Notes under the pieces: model-generated
What the model was told of the DNA's origin: nothing
Databases searched by the model: none
The model's input: only the letters and a program-made list of their open reading frames with translations
Origin: an uncultured Ruminococcus sp.
GTDB lineage: Bacteria; Bacillota; Clostridia; RUG12999
NCBI GenBank assembly: GCA_902784805.1
Contig: CACZWD010000001.1
Coordinates: forward strand, 772 to 64,771
DNA: 64,000 nucleotides
Direction of reading: 5' to 3'
Translations under genes and position numbers: made by a program
Shown: in pieces, positions 39,522 to 49,081 of the stretch
Layout of the letters: every line of letters begins with the position of its first letter
Numbering within the stretch: position 1 is the first letter of the stretch

Positions 39522-41069
39522 TCAAATATTTTCTTCGGTAAGACGTTTTTTTTCAGCCTCCTGAATTTCAGGGAAAGCCGAAAGCATAGGCTCGATTTTT
39601 TTATGTTTAATGTTTCTGTCAACGTAGTTGTGGGTAAGCTTAATTACAAGCCCCGAAAGAGATAAAACGCCGATTAAGTTTGGCATCATCATAAGTCCGT
39701 TAAAGGTATCCGAAATATCCCAGGCAAGCGACGAAGTAAGGACAGCTCCGAACATAACCATTACAACGTGCATAATTTTAAATATAACCGTACTCTTTGT
39801 GCCAAACAGATATTCCCACGCTTTTGTGCCGTAATGAGACCAGCCGAGAACTGTTGTAAAGGCAAACAAAAACATTGCAATCGCAATAAATTTTGAGCCT
39901 ATATGTCCCCAAGCAAAAACGCTGTCAAACGCCGCGCCGACAAGAACAGCGTCCGAAGCCGCGGAAATTTCGCCGGTCGCGAGGTTATATACTCCCGAAG
40001 TCAAGATAACAAGCGCTGTCATTGTACAAACAACCATTGTGTCGGCAAACACTTCAAATATGCCCCACATACCCTGCTGTACAGGCTCGATTACATTTGA
40101 ATTTGAGTGTACCATAACCGACGAGCCGAGACCTGCTTCATTTGAGAAAACACCTCTTTTAAAGCCTTGAGTCATAACCGTGCTTATAACATATCCCACA
40201 CCGCCGCCGAGAGCCGCGATAGGCTTAAAGGCGTTTACAAAAATCGCTTTAAACGCGGCGCCTATATGTGCGAAATTTGTGCCGATAATTATAAGTGAGC
40301 CAATTACAAAAACAATAACCATAAAAGGAACGACTTTTTCGGCAAACGAAGCGATACGCTTTAACCCGCCAAGTATGATAAGACCCGCGAGAATCATAAT
40401 TATGACGCCTATTATTATACTGTAAAGAGATACGGCACTGTCACCGGAGCCCATAACCGTTACGCTCGACAAGGCTTTAATATCAAAAGCCGAGGTTATG
40501 TTCGCTACAATTTTATTAACCTGTCCCATACAGCCGATACCGAAAGAAGCGAGAACCGCGAAAATTGAGAACAGCACAGCAAGGACAGAGGCAAGACCGC
40601 CGCAGCCCTTGAACTTTCCAAGACCGTCTTTTATGTAATACATAGCGCCGCCCGACCATTCGCCGTCAGCGTTTTTGCGGCGGTAGTATATACCTAAAAT
40701 GTTTTCGGAGTAATTTGTCATCATACCGAAAAACGCCGCAATCCACATCCAGAATACAGCTCCCGCGCCGCCGATATGAATTGCCGCGGCAACTCCGGCA
40801 ATATTACCTGTGCCGATTGTTGCGGCAAGAGCAGTACAAAGCGCCTGGAAAGGCGAAATCGCTTTTCCTTTTGTGTGAGCGATTACTTTTTTGTCAAAAA
40901 GGCTGCCAATAGTGTTTTTCCACCAGTGCTTAATGTGAGATACCTGAAAAAACTTTGTGCATAAGGTTAAAATGATACCCGACGCAATAAGCAGCCAAAC
41001 GCCGATTTTCGTCCAGACAAATGTGTTGATAACATCGTTAAAATCCGCTAATTTTTCCAAGAAAAACAT
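39522..41069 (-). CDS. Sodium:alanine/glycine symporter (AGCS family)
   Basis: ALCTALAATIGTGNIAGVAAAI and GGPGAVFWMW-like motifs, 11-12 TM segments. Start moved to the ATG at 41069 with a GGAGG RBS. The 5' part of the long ORF-track ORF is the riboswitch leader. Confidence 0.85.
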   Translation of the reverse strand: MFFLEKLADFNDVINTFVWTKIGVWLLIASGIILTLCTKFFQVSHIKHWWKNTIGSLFDKKVIAHTKGKAISPFQALCTALAATIGTGNIAGVAAAIHIGGAGAVFWMWIAAFFGMMTNYSENILGIYYRRKNADGEWSGGAMYYIKDGLGKFKGCGGLASVLAVLFSIFAVLASFGIGCMGQVNKIVANITSAFDIKALSSVTVMGSGDSAVSLYSIIIGVIIMILAGLIILGGLKRIASFAEKVVPFMVIVFVIGSLIIIGTNFAHIGAAFKAIFVNAFKPIAALGGGVGYVISTVMTQGFKRGVFSNEAGLGSSVMVHSNSNVIEPVQQGMWGIFEVFADTMVVCTMTALVILTSGVYNLATGEISAASDAVLVGAAFDSVFAWGHIGSKFIAIAMFLFAFTTVLGWSHYGTKAWEYLFGTKSTVIFKIMHVVMVMFGAVLTSSLAWDISDTFNGLMMMPNLIGVLSLSGLVIKLTHNYVDRNIKHKKIEPMLSAFPEIQEAEKKRLTEENI

Positions 41070-41091
41070 ATATATTCCTCCTATAATAATA

Positions 41092-41127
41092 TACAAAAAA
41101 ACGGGCTGTGAAAACTCACATCCCGGC
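41092..41127 (-). terminator. Intrinsic terminator forming the expression platform of the glycine riboswitch
   Basis: On the minus strand: GGGATGTGA-GTTT-TCACAGCCC (9-bp stem with one mismatch) followed by GTTTTTTTG, positioned between the aptamer and the AGCS start codon. Confidence 0.55.
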
Positions 41128-41159
41128 AAAAGAAAAATACAAAAATATAAATTTATATT

Positions 41160-41338
41160 ATGTATCCGTCCTTTTGCCTGAGAGATTAGCCGGCTGTTGT
41201 TATGCCGGCGTTGCACCTTCGGCACCCGCTTTTTTCGGCGGGCTTCTCCGGATAGCCATCTGCATACAGTCCTCACCCTTTTGCATAAAGGGAACCTGAG
41301 AGTGTTACTCCTTCGGTTGCGTAAACGCATTTCCTGCA
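41160..41338 (-). ncRNA. Glycine riboswitch: one complete aptamer plus an upstream partial/ghost aptamer
   Basis: The minus strand reads …CCGGAGAAGCCCGCCGAAAAAAGCGGGUGCCGAAGGUGCAACGCCGGCAUAACAACAGCCGGCUAAUCUCUCAGGCAAAAGGACGG. This reproduces the glycine-aptamer hallmarks GGAGAG…P2…CCGAAGGxGCAA…P3…CUCUCAGGCAAAAGGAC. An upstream element ACCGAAGGAGUAACACUCUCAGG…CAAAAGGG repeats parts of the consensus. Confidence 0.75.
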
Positions 41339-41422
41339 TACGTCATCTGACTTTATTAACTGTTTAAGTATAGCATATTATTTTAAAATTGTCAATACTT
41401 TTAACAAATTTGTAATAAAGAT

Positions 41423-41450
41423 TGACTTTAAAAAAATCTTGTAGTATAAT
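41423..41450 (+). promoter_or_regulatory. Sigma-A-type promoter for the plus-strand polysaccharide operon
   Basis: TTGACT (41423-41428), a 16-nt spacer, then TATAAT (41445-41450). GGAGG RBS at 41475-41479 precedes the ATG at 41492. Confidence 0.5.
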
Positions 41451-41491
41451 ATATCTGTAAGTTTTTAAATAACCGGAGGTTGTCAAGAAGA

Positions 41492-42538
41492 ATGGACAAG
41501 CTTTTTATGTGCGGCTTTTTTGCGGACGGAAAGAATATTTATAATGGTCAGGCAATAAAAACACATGAAACATATAATTTGCTGAAAGATAAATTCGGAA
41601 AAGAAAAAATTGATTATGTTGATACTTATAATTGGAAAAAACGTCCATTAAACCTTATAAAAAATTTTTTTGTAAAAGCAAAAAAAGCCGGTTACATTAT
41701 TATGCTTCCCGCGCATAACGGCGTTAAAGTTTTTTCGTTGCTGTTACTGATTGCGAAAAAAATATTTAAGTGTAAAATATATTACGATGTTATAGGCGGC
41801 TGGCTGCCCGAAATGACAAAGAAAAACATAAAGCTTGAAAAGCGCCTTAAACGGTTTGACGGCATATGGGTTGAAACAAAAAATATGAAGGCTGCGCTTG
41901 AGAATCAAGGCTTTACGAATATAGGTATAGTGCCTAATTTTAAAAATATAACCCCTCTTAAAGAGGAAGAGCTTATTTTTAATACGGAAAAACCGTTTAA
42001 ATTTTGTTTTTTTGCGAGAGTTACAAAGGAAAAAGGTGTTGAAGAGGCTGTTAAGGCAATTAAAGAAATCAACAAAAAATACGGTAACAATACGGCAGTG
42101 CTTGATATATACGGACCGGTTAATTCTGATTACACCGAAGGTTTTGAAAAACTAAAAGTGAGTTTTGATAAAAGTATAAGGTATATGGGTGTTGTGCCGC
42201 CGGAAAAAAGCGTTGAAACAATTAAAAATTATTTCGCGCTTCTTTTTCCGACAAAATTTTATACGGAAGGCGTCCCGGGTACGATTGTTGACGCTTACGC
42301 GGCAGGCGTCCCGGTTATAACGTCAAGATGGCAAAGCTGCTTTGATATTTTTGAGGAAAACATAACAGGGCGCAGCTTTGAGTTTGAAAATTATGAGGAT
42401 TTTTTTGAAAAATTATCAGAAGCGGTGGGGCAGCCGGAGGATTTTTTAAAAATGAAAAAAAATTGTATTAACTTGTCTGCCTCATACACTCCCGAATACG
42501 CAATAAAAAAAATAGAAAAATTATTTGATAAAAATTAA
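41492..42538 (+). CDS. GT-B fold glycosyltransferase (GT4-like)
   Basis: C-terminal EGVPGTIVDAYAAGVPVITSRWQ matches the E-x7-E region of GT4/GT1 retaining transferases. Confidence 0.65.
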   Translation: MDKLFMCGFFADGKNIYNGQAIKTHETYNLLKDKFGKEKIDYVDTYNWKKRPLNLIKNFFVKAKKAGYIIMLPAHNGVKVFSLLLLIAKKIFKCKIYYDVIGGWLPEMTKKNIKLEKRLKRFDGIWVETKNMKAALENQGFTNIGIVPNFKNITPLKEEELIFNTEKPFKFCFFARVTKEKGVEEAVKAIKEINKKYGNNTAVLDIYGPVNSDYTEGFEKLKVSFDKSIRYMGVVPPEKSVETIKNYFALLFPTKFYTEGVPGTIVDAYAAGVPVITSRWQSCFDIFEENITGRSFEFENYEDFFEKLSEAVGQPEDFLKMKKNCINLSASYTPEYAIKKIEKLFDKN

Positions 42539-42550
42539 GGATGATATGCC

Positions 42551-43459
42551 GTGAGTTTTAATATATATAATCTTAAAAAATGGTATCTTATGCTTACCGG
42601 CAAAAGTATACTTCATGTTGATCAAGATATAGGAAAAATTTTTGAGACAGATAGAATAAAAGGATATTATAACAACCTTACCGATAAAGTTACAATGGAG
42701 CCGGAGCTTTTAACGAATGAGAAATTGCCGGAGCTGAAAACGGAAAGCGGCGAAACAGTTTTTTTCCCCGTCGCTGTTTTTCAATACGGACTTGGCGCGT
42801 ATGACCTTTATTTACAGACGGCGGATAATAAATATATTGATAAATTTAATCAATGTGTAAAGTGGACGATGGCAAATCAAGAAGAAAGCGGCGCTTGGAG
42901 TAATTTTTTCTTTGTATATAAAGATAATCCGTATGGCGCGATGTGCCAGGGAGAAGGAGCGTCGCTGCTTTTAAGAGCGTATAAGGAAACAAATGATGAA
43001 AAATATCTTGAAGCGGCAAGGAAAGCGATAGCCTTTATGCTTAAAGATGTGAAGAACGGCGGTACAACAAGTTATGACGGTGAAGATGTTATTCTTCTTG
43101 AATATACACATTTAAAACCTGTTATGAACGGTTGGATATTTGCTCTTTGGGGGCTTTACGATTTTAATATTGTTTCTCCCGAAGAGGAAAATATTAATGT
43201 CTATGAGAAAACGCTAAATTCTCTTATAAAGTATTTGCCGAGTTTTGACGGCAAATATTGGAGTATGTACGATTTGGATGGTAAAATTGCAAGCCCGTTT
43301 TATCATAACCTTCATATTGCGCAGATGCAGGCTGTGTATAAAATTACAGGTGAGAAAATATTTGCGGATTACGCGGAAAAATGGAAGAACGATAGCAAAA
43401 GCAAGATAAAAAAAGCGAGAGCTTTTGTAAAAAAAGCTTTTCAGAAAATAGCAGAGTAG
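42551..43459 (+). CDS. D-glucuronyl C5-epimerase C-terminal-domain family protein
   Basis: Resembles the (alpha/alpha)6-barrel C-terminal domain of heparosan/glucuronyl C5-epimerases (…GWIFALWGLYDF…YWSMYDLDG…YHNLHIAQMQAVYKITGE). Confidence 0.55.
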   Translation: MSFNIYNLKKWYLMLTGKSILHVDQDIGKIFETDRIKGYYNNLTDKVTMEPELLTNEKLPELKTESGETVFFPVAVFQYGLGAYDLYLQTADNKYIDKFNQCVKWTMANQEESGAWSNFFFVYKDNPYGAMCQGEGASLLLRAYKETNDEKYLEAARKAIAFMLKDVKNGGTTSYDGEDVILLEYTHLKPVMNGWIFALWGLYDFNIVSPEEENINVYEKTLNSLIKYLPSFDGKYWSMYDLDGKIASPFYHNLHIAQMQAVYKITGEKIFADYAEKWKNDSKSKIKKARAFVKKAFQKIAE

Positions 43460-43467
43460 GTTGTTAA

Positions 43468-44565
43468 ATGAAAAGAGTTTTATGTATAGTCGGAGGAATG
43501 AATGCGGGCGGCGCGGAAACATTCCTTATGAAAGTTTACCGCAGACTTGATAAAAATAAATACCAAATGGATTTTGCGGTTGCAAACGATGGCTGTTATG
43601 ATGAAGAAATACGCCTTATGGGCGGAAAAATATTTAAAATAACACCTAAAAGTCAAGGGTTTTTGAAAAATTTTTTGTCGGTGAAAAAACTTGTCAAAAA
43701 CGAGGGGTATAAATATGTTTTGCGTACATCGCAACATTCGCTTTCGGCAATGGAGCTTTTGGCGGCAAGGCTTGGAGGAGCTAAGAAGCTTATTTACAGG
43801 TCAAGTAATTCAAACACAATAGACGGGAGCAAAAAAGGCTTATTATTACATAAATTATGCGGCTTTATGCCGATATTTTTTGCGAATGTGCGTATTGCGC
43901 CTTCAACAGAGGCAGCTGAATTTATGTTTGGAAAAGACTGCGTAAAAAAAGGTAAAGCAACAATTTTAAACAATGGTATTGACATGAGGATTTTTAACTA
44001 TAATGGGCAAAACAGAAACGAATGTCGTGAAGAATTTAAGCTTAAAAATAAGTTTGTTGTAGGTCATATCGGAAGGTTTAGCGCACAAAAAAATCATGAC
44101 TTTTTGCTTGAAATATTTGCTGAAATAAAGAAAAAAAAAGAAGATTCAATCCTTTTAATTGTCGGTGGAGGCGAGCTTGAAGCAGAAATAAAGCAAAAAG
44201 CAAAGGAACTGAATGTTTTTGATAATATAGTTTTTACGGGTGTTCGAAGTGATGTTTCAAAGCTCTTAAGCGCAATGGACGTTTTTGTTTTTCCTTCGTT
44301 TTATGAAGGTATGCCAAACACGGTTATCGAGGCACAGGCAGAAGGACTTCCTTGTATAATATCCGATACAATAACAAAGGAAGCGGATATTACAGGGCTT
44401 GTAAAATATTTGCCACTTGATTTGTCGGCAGAAAAGTGGGCGGACGAAGTTATTGATTGCGTGTCTGCCGAACGCAAAGAAACAAAAGATGATTTTGTAA
44501 AAAATGGATATGATATAGATAGTGTGACAGATAAATTTATACAGTTTGTGTTTGGAGATAAATAA
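43468..44565 (+). CDS. Glycosyltransferase family 4 (GT-B)
   Basis: N-terminal VGGMNAGGAETFL and C-terminal FPSFYEGMPNTVIEAQAEGLPCIISD motifs. Confidence 0.8.
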   Translation: MKRVLCIVGGMNAGGAETFLMKVYRRLDKNKYQMDFAVANDGCYDEEIRLMGGKIFKITPKSQGFLKNFLSVKKLVKNEGYKYVLRTSQHSLSAMELLAARLGGAKKLIYRSSNSNTIDGSKKGLLLHKLCGFMPIFFANVRIAPSTEAAEFMFGKDCVKKGKATILNNGIDMRIFNYNGQNRNECREEFKLKNKFVVGHIGRFSAQKNHDFLLEIFAEIKKKKEDSILLIVGGGELEAEIKQKAKELNVFDNIVFTGVRSDVSKLLSAMDVFVFPSFYEGMPNTVIEAQAEGLPCIISDTITKEADITGLVKYLPLDLSAEKWADEVIDCVSAERKETKDDFVKNGYDIDSVTDKFIQFVFGDK

Positions 44566-45815
44566 TGAAAATAGGAACAAATAAAATACCGAATTATATA
44601 GTAAATGTATTGACAGTTTTTTTATTATTTACATTTACATCACTTAATAAAATCACTTGGGGAAGATACGCTTTTCTCGGAATTACAGCTATTATTTTTG
44701 TGATCTCAGCAAGCACATATTGCGGCGGAGTGAAATTTAGCGTGCAACCGTTTCATATTTTTTTGTTTGCTTTTGCTGTTTATTGCGGTATTTCTTCGTT
44801 TTGGGCCGTAAATCCGGCAATGTCGATATCCGATTTTAAAACAATATGTTCAATACTTATATGCTATTCTGTTATATATGCTCACTATCAAAAAGAAAAT
44901 AGTATTAATGTACTTTTTGATATTATCAAGTATTCAGGATTAGCCGTTGCTTTGTATACTATTTGTTTTTATGGATTAGATGACATGATTATATCGGCAA
45001 GTGATGAAAATTTAAGATTGGGAAATTCTTTTGCAAATGTTAACAATATTGGAGTTGTTATGGCTTTTACAATCATTATGATTTTTAAAAATTTTATTAC
45101 AAAGAGAAATTATAAAGAGCTGCTTTTAATGGCACCTTGTATTGTTGTTATTGCCGCAACACAGAGCAGAAAAGCAATGATAAGTGCAACTTTTGGAATA
45201 TTTTTAATGTTGATTGTGATTAATGAAAAGAATAAAAATTTTTATAAAAGGTTTTTTAAATTCTTTTGTGTTATTGCTATATTTGTTTTTTGTATATATG
45301 CTATTTCAAAGTTTTCAGCGTTTGTTGGCATGTCCGAACGTTTACAAAGTATGCTGGATGCGTTTAACGGAGACAAGGGAGCTGACAGTTCATCACTTAA
45401 ACGTTTGAACATGATACGTTATGGAATAAATAGTTTTAAACAGCATCCGTTTTTTGGGATAGGTATAAAAAACACATATATTATAACCCGAAGATATTGG
45501 GGAGTCAATACATATTTACATAACAATTATGTTGAGCTTTTAGCAGGCGGAGGAATATTTGGTTTCACAATATATTATTCAATATATGTATATCTAATAT
45601 ATAATGTTATAAAGTATAAAAATGTCGACAGAGAAAATTTTGGAGTTTTTACAGTATTATTAATTATTATGCTTGTTCTTGATTACGGCATAGTTACGTA
45701 TTATTCAAAGTTACAATATTTTTATTTTATGATAATGTTTTTACATATTGATTTAGTAAAGAAAAGAGTGGAATGTTTCAGTGAAGATACAAAAAATCCT
45801 CAAAGCGGCATATAA
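44565..45815 (+). CDS. wzy: O-antigen/capsule repeat-unit polymerase (Wzy / O-antigen ligase family)
   Basis: About 12 TM segments with a large loop containing the RxxxxxxxxG-like motif (TQSRKAMISATFG). AT-rich, as usual for wzy. Confidence 0.65.
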   Translation: MKIGTNKIPNYIVNVLTVFLLFTFTSLNKITWGRYAFLGITAIIFVISASTYCGGVKFSVQPFHIFLFAFAVYCGISSFWAVNPAMSISDFKTICSILICYSVIYAHYQKENSINVLFDIIKYSGLAVALYTICFYGLDDMIISASDENLRLGNSFANVNNIGVVMAFTIIMIFKNFITKRNYKELLLMAPCIVVIAATQSRKAMISATFGIFLMLIVINEKNKNFYKRFFKFFCVIAIFVFCIYAISKFSAFVGMSERLQSMLDAFNGDKGADSSSLKRLNMIRYGINSFKQHPFFGIGIKNTYIITRRYWGVNTYLHNNYVELLAGGGIFGFTIYYSIYVYLIYNVIKYKNVDRENFGVFTVLLIIMLVLDYGIVTYYSKLQYFYFMIMFLHIDLVKKRVECFSEDTKNPQSGI

Positions 45816-46698
45816 ATACATATTCAATAAAAATTACAGATTTTTAATAAATTCAGAGTTGCACTTTTACGATAAGATGCCTGATGAAAAATTTTTAAAG
45901 AAAAAGTTTAAAGCTGTTATGGGTAAAGGTCTTGATCTTGAAAACCCAATAACATTTAACGAAAAATTGCAATGGCTTAAGCTTTATGATAGAAAGCCTG
46001 AGTATACTATGATGGCGGATAAGTATGAGGTTAGAAAATATATAGCGAATAGGCTTGGGGAAGAGTACTTAATTCCACTAATTGGCGTGTGGGACAACCC
46101 TGACGATATTGATTTTGATAAGCTGCCTGATAAGTTTGTGCTTAAATGTAATCATAATTCCGGTCTTGGTATGTGTATATGCAAAGACAAATCGAAACTC
46201 AATATAAAAAAGGTTAAAAGAAAATTAAAAAAAGGCTTGAAACAGGATTATTATTTGACGTGTCGCGAATGGCCGTACAAAGAAATTAAGCGTAAAATAA
46301 TTGCGGAAAAATACATGGAGGATAGTACTGGAGAACTTATGGACTATAAATTTATGTGTTTTAATGGAAAAGTTAAATGTATTTTTACCTGTACGGAACG
46401 CTTTGATAATGATGGGCTTAAAGTCACTTTTTTTGATACAAATTGGCGAAAGCTGAATTTCAAACGACATTACCCGACCTCAGAAATAGACATCAGCAAA
46501 CCTGAAAATCTTGATGAAATGATATGTTTTGCGGAAATGCTTTCAAAAGATATTAATTTTTTACGAGTTGATTTTTATAATATTAACGGAAAAATATATT
46601 TTGGGGAATTAACATTTTTTCCTGGTTCGGGTTATGAAGAATTTACTCCCGAAAGTGTTGATGAAGAACTTGGAAATCTTATAAATATAACCGTATGA
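45781..46698 (+). CDS. TupA-like ATP-grasp amidoligase (teichuronopeptide biosynthesis family)
   Basis: …NPITFNEKLQWLKLYDRKP…DKFVLKCNHNSG…IYFGELTFFPGSGYEEF matches the TupA-like ATPgrasp family. The start (GTG at 45781) is uncertain. Confidence 0.65.
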   Translation: MKIQKILKAAYKYIFNKNYRFLINSELHFYDKMPDEKFLKKKFKAVMGKGLDLENPITFNEKLQWLKLYDRKPEYTMMADKYEVRKYIANRLGEEYLIPLIGVWDNPDDIDFDKLPDKFVLKCNHNSGLGMCICKDKSKLNIKKVKRKLKKGLKQDYYLTCREWPYKEIKRKIIAEKYMEDSTGELMDYKFMCFNGKVKCIFTCTERFDNDGLKVTFFDTNWRKLNFKRHYPTSEIDISKPENLDEMICFAEMLSKDINFLRVDFYNINGKIYFGELTFFPGSGYEEFTPESVDEELGNLINITV

Positions 46699-46773
46699 TA
46701 AAAGATTTATTTATTATTGAATTAAGGAGTAATGTCCTTTATTGAAATAAGGATGTTTTAAAGGAAAAGAGAT

Positions 46774-47901
46774 ATGAATATTATTATTGGAGCAGATATA
46801 GTGCCGACAAAAACTAATGACGATTTATTTGAGGTCGGAAATGCCGAAGCTTTAATGGAAAATGAGTTAACACATTTTTTGAATACTTCTGATTACCGTA
46901 TATTTAATCTTGAAACGCCTCTTACGGATACAGAGGCGCCCATATCAAAAAACGGACCGAATTTAATCGCAAGCGCAAAATCTGTGAACGGATATAAAGC
47001 TATTGGCGTAAATCTTTTAACCGTTGCAAATAATCATATTATGGATCAAGGCGAGCAGGGTTTTTTTTCAACACTAAAATTACTTAAAAAAAACGGAATT
47101 GATTATGTCGGCGCAGGAGAAAATGTTAGAACCGCAAGAGAACCGTATGTCTTTGAAATTGACAACATAAAAATTGGCGTTTATGCTTGTGCGGAGCATG
47201 AGTTTTCGATAGCAACAGAAAATATGGCAGGCGCAAATCCATTTGAGCCGTTAGATTCTTTTGACCACATCTGTGAGCTTAAACAGAAATGTGATAGAGT
47301 TATTGTTTTATATCATGGTGGAAAGGAACATTACAGATATCCATCACCTTATTTACAGAAGATATGCCGTAAATTTATTGAAAAGGGTGCTGATATTATA
47401 GTTTGTCAGCATAGTCATTGTGTAGGCTGTGAAGAAAAATACCTGCAAGGCACAATAGTTTACGGGCAGGGAAATTTTATATTCGACGCGCAAGATAATG
47501 AGTTTTGGAAAACAAGCCTTTTAATTTCCGTCAATGAAGAATTTAACATAAAATATATACCGTTAATAAAAAAAGGAAACGGTGTGAGATTTGCAAAAAA
47601 AAATGAAGCAAACAACATTCTTGATGGATTTAAAAAAAGAAGTGAGCAGATAAAACAGGCGGGTTTTTTAGAAAAGAAATATGCCGAGTTCGCCAAAGAA
47701 AATATTTATAATTATCTTTTAAACATATCCGGTATAAGGTATAGTTTTTTTATGAGAGTATTAAATAAAATCAGCAGAGGAAAATTTATTGTTTTTTTTA
47801 TAAAGAGAAAATACAAACAAAACAAGGTTTTAAAAATTATTAATTATATGGATTGTGAATCCCACAGAGAGCTTTTTTTAAAAGGTTTGGAAAGTATGTG
47901 A
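46774..47901 (+). CDS. CapA/PgsA-family protein (PGA_cap, metallophosphatase fold)
   Basis: NLETPLTDTE…GVNLLTVANNHIMDQG…VLYHGGKEH…VCQHSHC are the hallmark blocks of the poly-gamma-glutamate CapA family. Confidence 0.7.
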   Translation: MNIIIGADIVPTKTNDDLFEVGNAEALMENELTHFLNTSDYRIFNLETPLTDTEAPISKNGPNLIASAKSVNGYKAIGVNLLTVANNHIMDQGEQGFFSTLKLLKKNGIDYVGAGENVRTAREPYVFEIDNIKIGVYACAEHEFSIATENMAGANPFEPLDSFDHICELKQKCDRVIVLYHGGKEHYRYPSPYLQKICRKFIEKGADIIVCQHSHCVGCEEKYLQGTIVYGQGNFIFDAQDNEFWKTSLLISVNEEFNIKYIPLIKKGNGVRFAKKNEANNILDGFKKRSEQIKQAGFLEKKYAEFAKENIYNYLLNISGIRYSFFMRVLNKISRGKFIVFFIKRKYKQNKVLKIINYMDCESHRELFLKGLESM

Positions 47902-47964
47902 TATGGGGGAAAGAAACAATTTAAAGTTTTTGATATGAACCCCATTTCAGTAAATGTTGGGTTG

Positions 47965-48032
47965 AATAAAGTTTCGCACACATGTTGTATTTTATATGAA
48001 TATACGTGCGAAACTTTATTTCGTTTTATATT
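47965..48032. terminator. Bidirectional terminator between the two convergent polysaccharide operons
   Basis: Perfect 15-bp inverted repeat AATAAAGTTTCGCAC (47965-47979) and GTGCGAAACTTTATT (48006-48020) followed by TCGTTTTATATTATTA. Confidence 0.6.
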
Positions 48033-48033
48033 A

Positions 48034-49038
48034 TTATGCGTCTTTTTTGATAAGCAGCTTCTTTTTTAAGCAGCCGGATAAAGGCAACTCTATATATTTA
48101 TGTATACAATAAGCAAGAATCATATTTATTGCAAGCAGGGCAATAATAATACATATTGATTGAAAGTTGAATACTTTGATTTTTAAATTATATAGTACGA
48201 GATATGTCACTTTTTGGTGTATTAAATAAAGAGGATATGATATTGCCGATAAAAAAACAAGCGGTTTGTCATATTTAAACTTTATATTTGTTTTCGCGAA
48301 GATAAATATAAGCAGCGCTGAAATTAATACAAATACAGCTTTTGCCGAAACAGGTATAATTAAAGCGAATATAATGGCAATGTTAAAATAAGACAAAAAA
48401 GCTTTTTTGTTTTTTATAATTAACGCGATGGACATACCGATAATAAACTCATGCGCGTGTTCCGCCAAGAATAACACATTGAAAAATGTGTAAAGCCTGC
48501 CGGCGAACACCATTTTACCGAACAATTTATATATTATAACCACAAACAGCCATAACGTATTTATTTTTTCAATATGTTTTATCAGTTTCAGTTTAATCAG
48601 TCCGGCAATTATTAATGAAAAACCGACTTCATAAAGCAACGTCCAATAAACGCCGTCAACACAAGGCGTCATCAAAAATTCCTGCAGCATTGTAAAATTT
48701 ATCAGCGTAGGTATGACACCGATAAAACTTGCTTTATCAAGTAAAACTGTAAAAATTGTGGTGAATATTATCCCAAACCAATATGCGGGATAAAGACGTA
48801 TAGCTCTTTTTAAAAGAAAATTAGAAGCTTTTGTATCGGATTTCATATTATTAATAACAAGATACCCCGTTATCATGAAAAATACAGCCACAGCCCAGCA
48901 GCCCCACCACAAACCTATGTGGTTTTTTTCGTGTTCAAGCCCGATATATGAGTCCCACTATCTGACGGTATAGTGATATAAGGCGATAAACACGGCGCAT
49001 ATACCGCGAATATAATCAAGACCATATATTTTTTTCAT
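48034..49038 (-). pseudogene. Acyltransferase family 3 (O-acyltransferase) gene interrupted by a single in-frame TAG
   Basis: Reading from the ATG at 49038 gives MKKIYGLDYIRGICAVFIALYHYTVR-TAG-WDSYIGLEHEKNHIGLWWGCWAVAVFFMITGYLV…. This is the canonical acyltransferase-3 N-terminus continuing in the same frame into the ORF-track ORF 48034..48912. Only the TAG at 48958-48960 breaks it. Confidence 0.7.
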
Positions 49039-49081
49039 AATGCTTCACAATCCTTTTAAAATATTTTTTGTTTTTTGCCGG

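Noticed and set aside
39522-41339. 605-aa version of the AGCS symporter with a 90-aa Arg-rich N-terminal extension
   Set aside because: The extension is the translated glycine-riboswitch leader, which has no stop in that frame. The true start is the ATG at 41069 with a GGAGG RBS.
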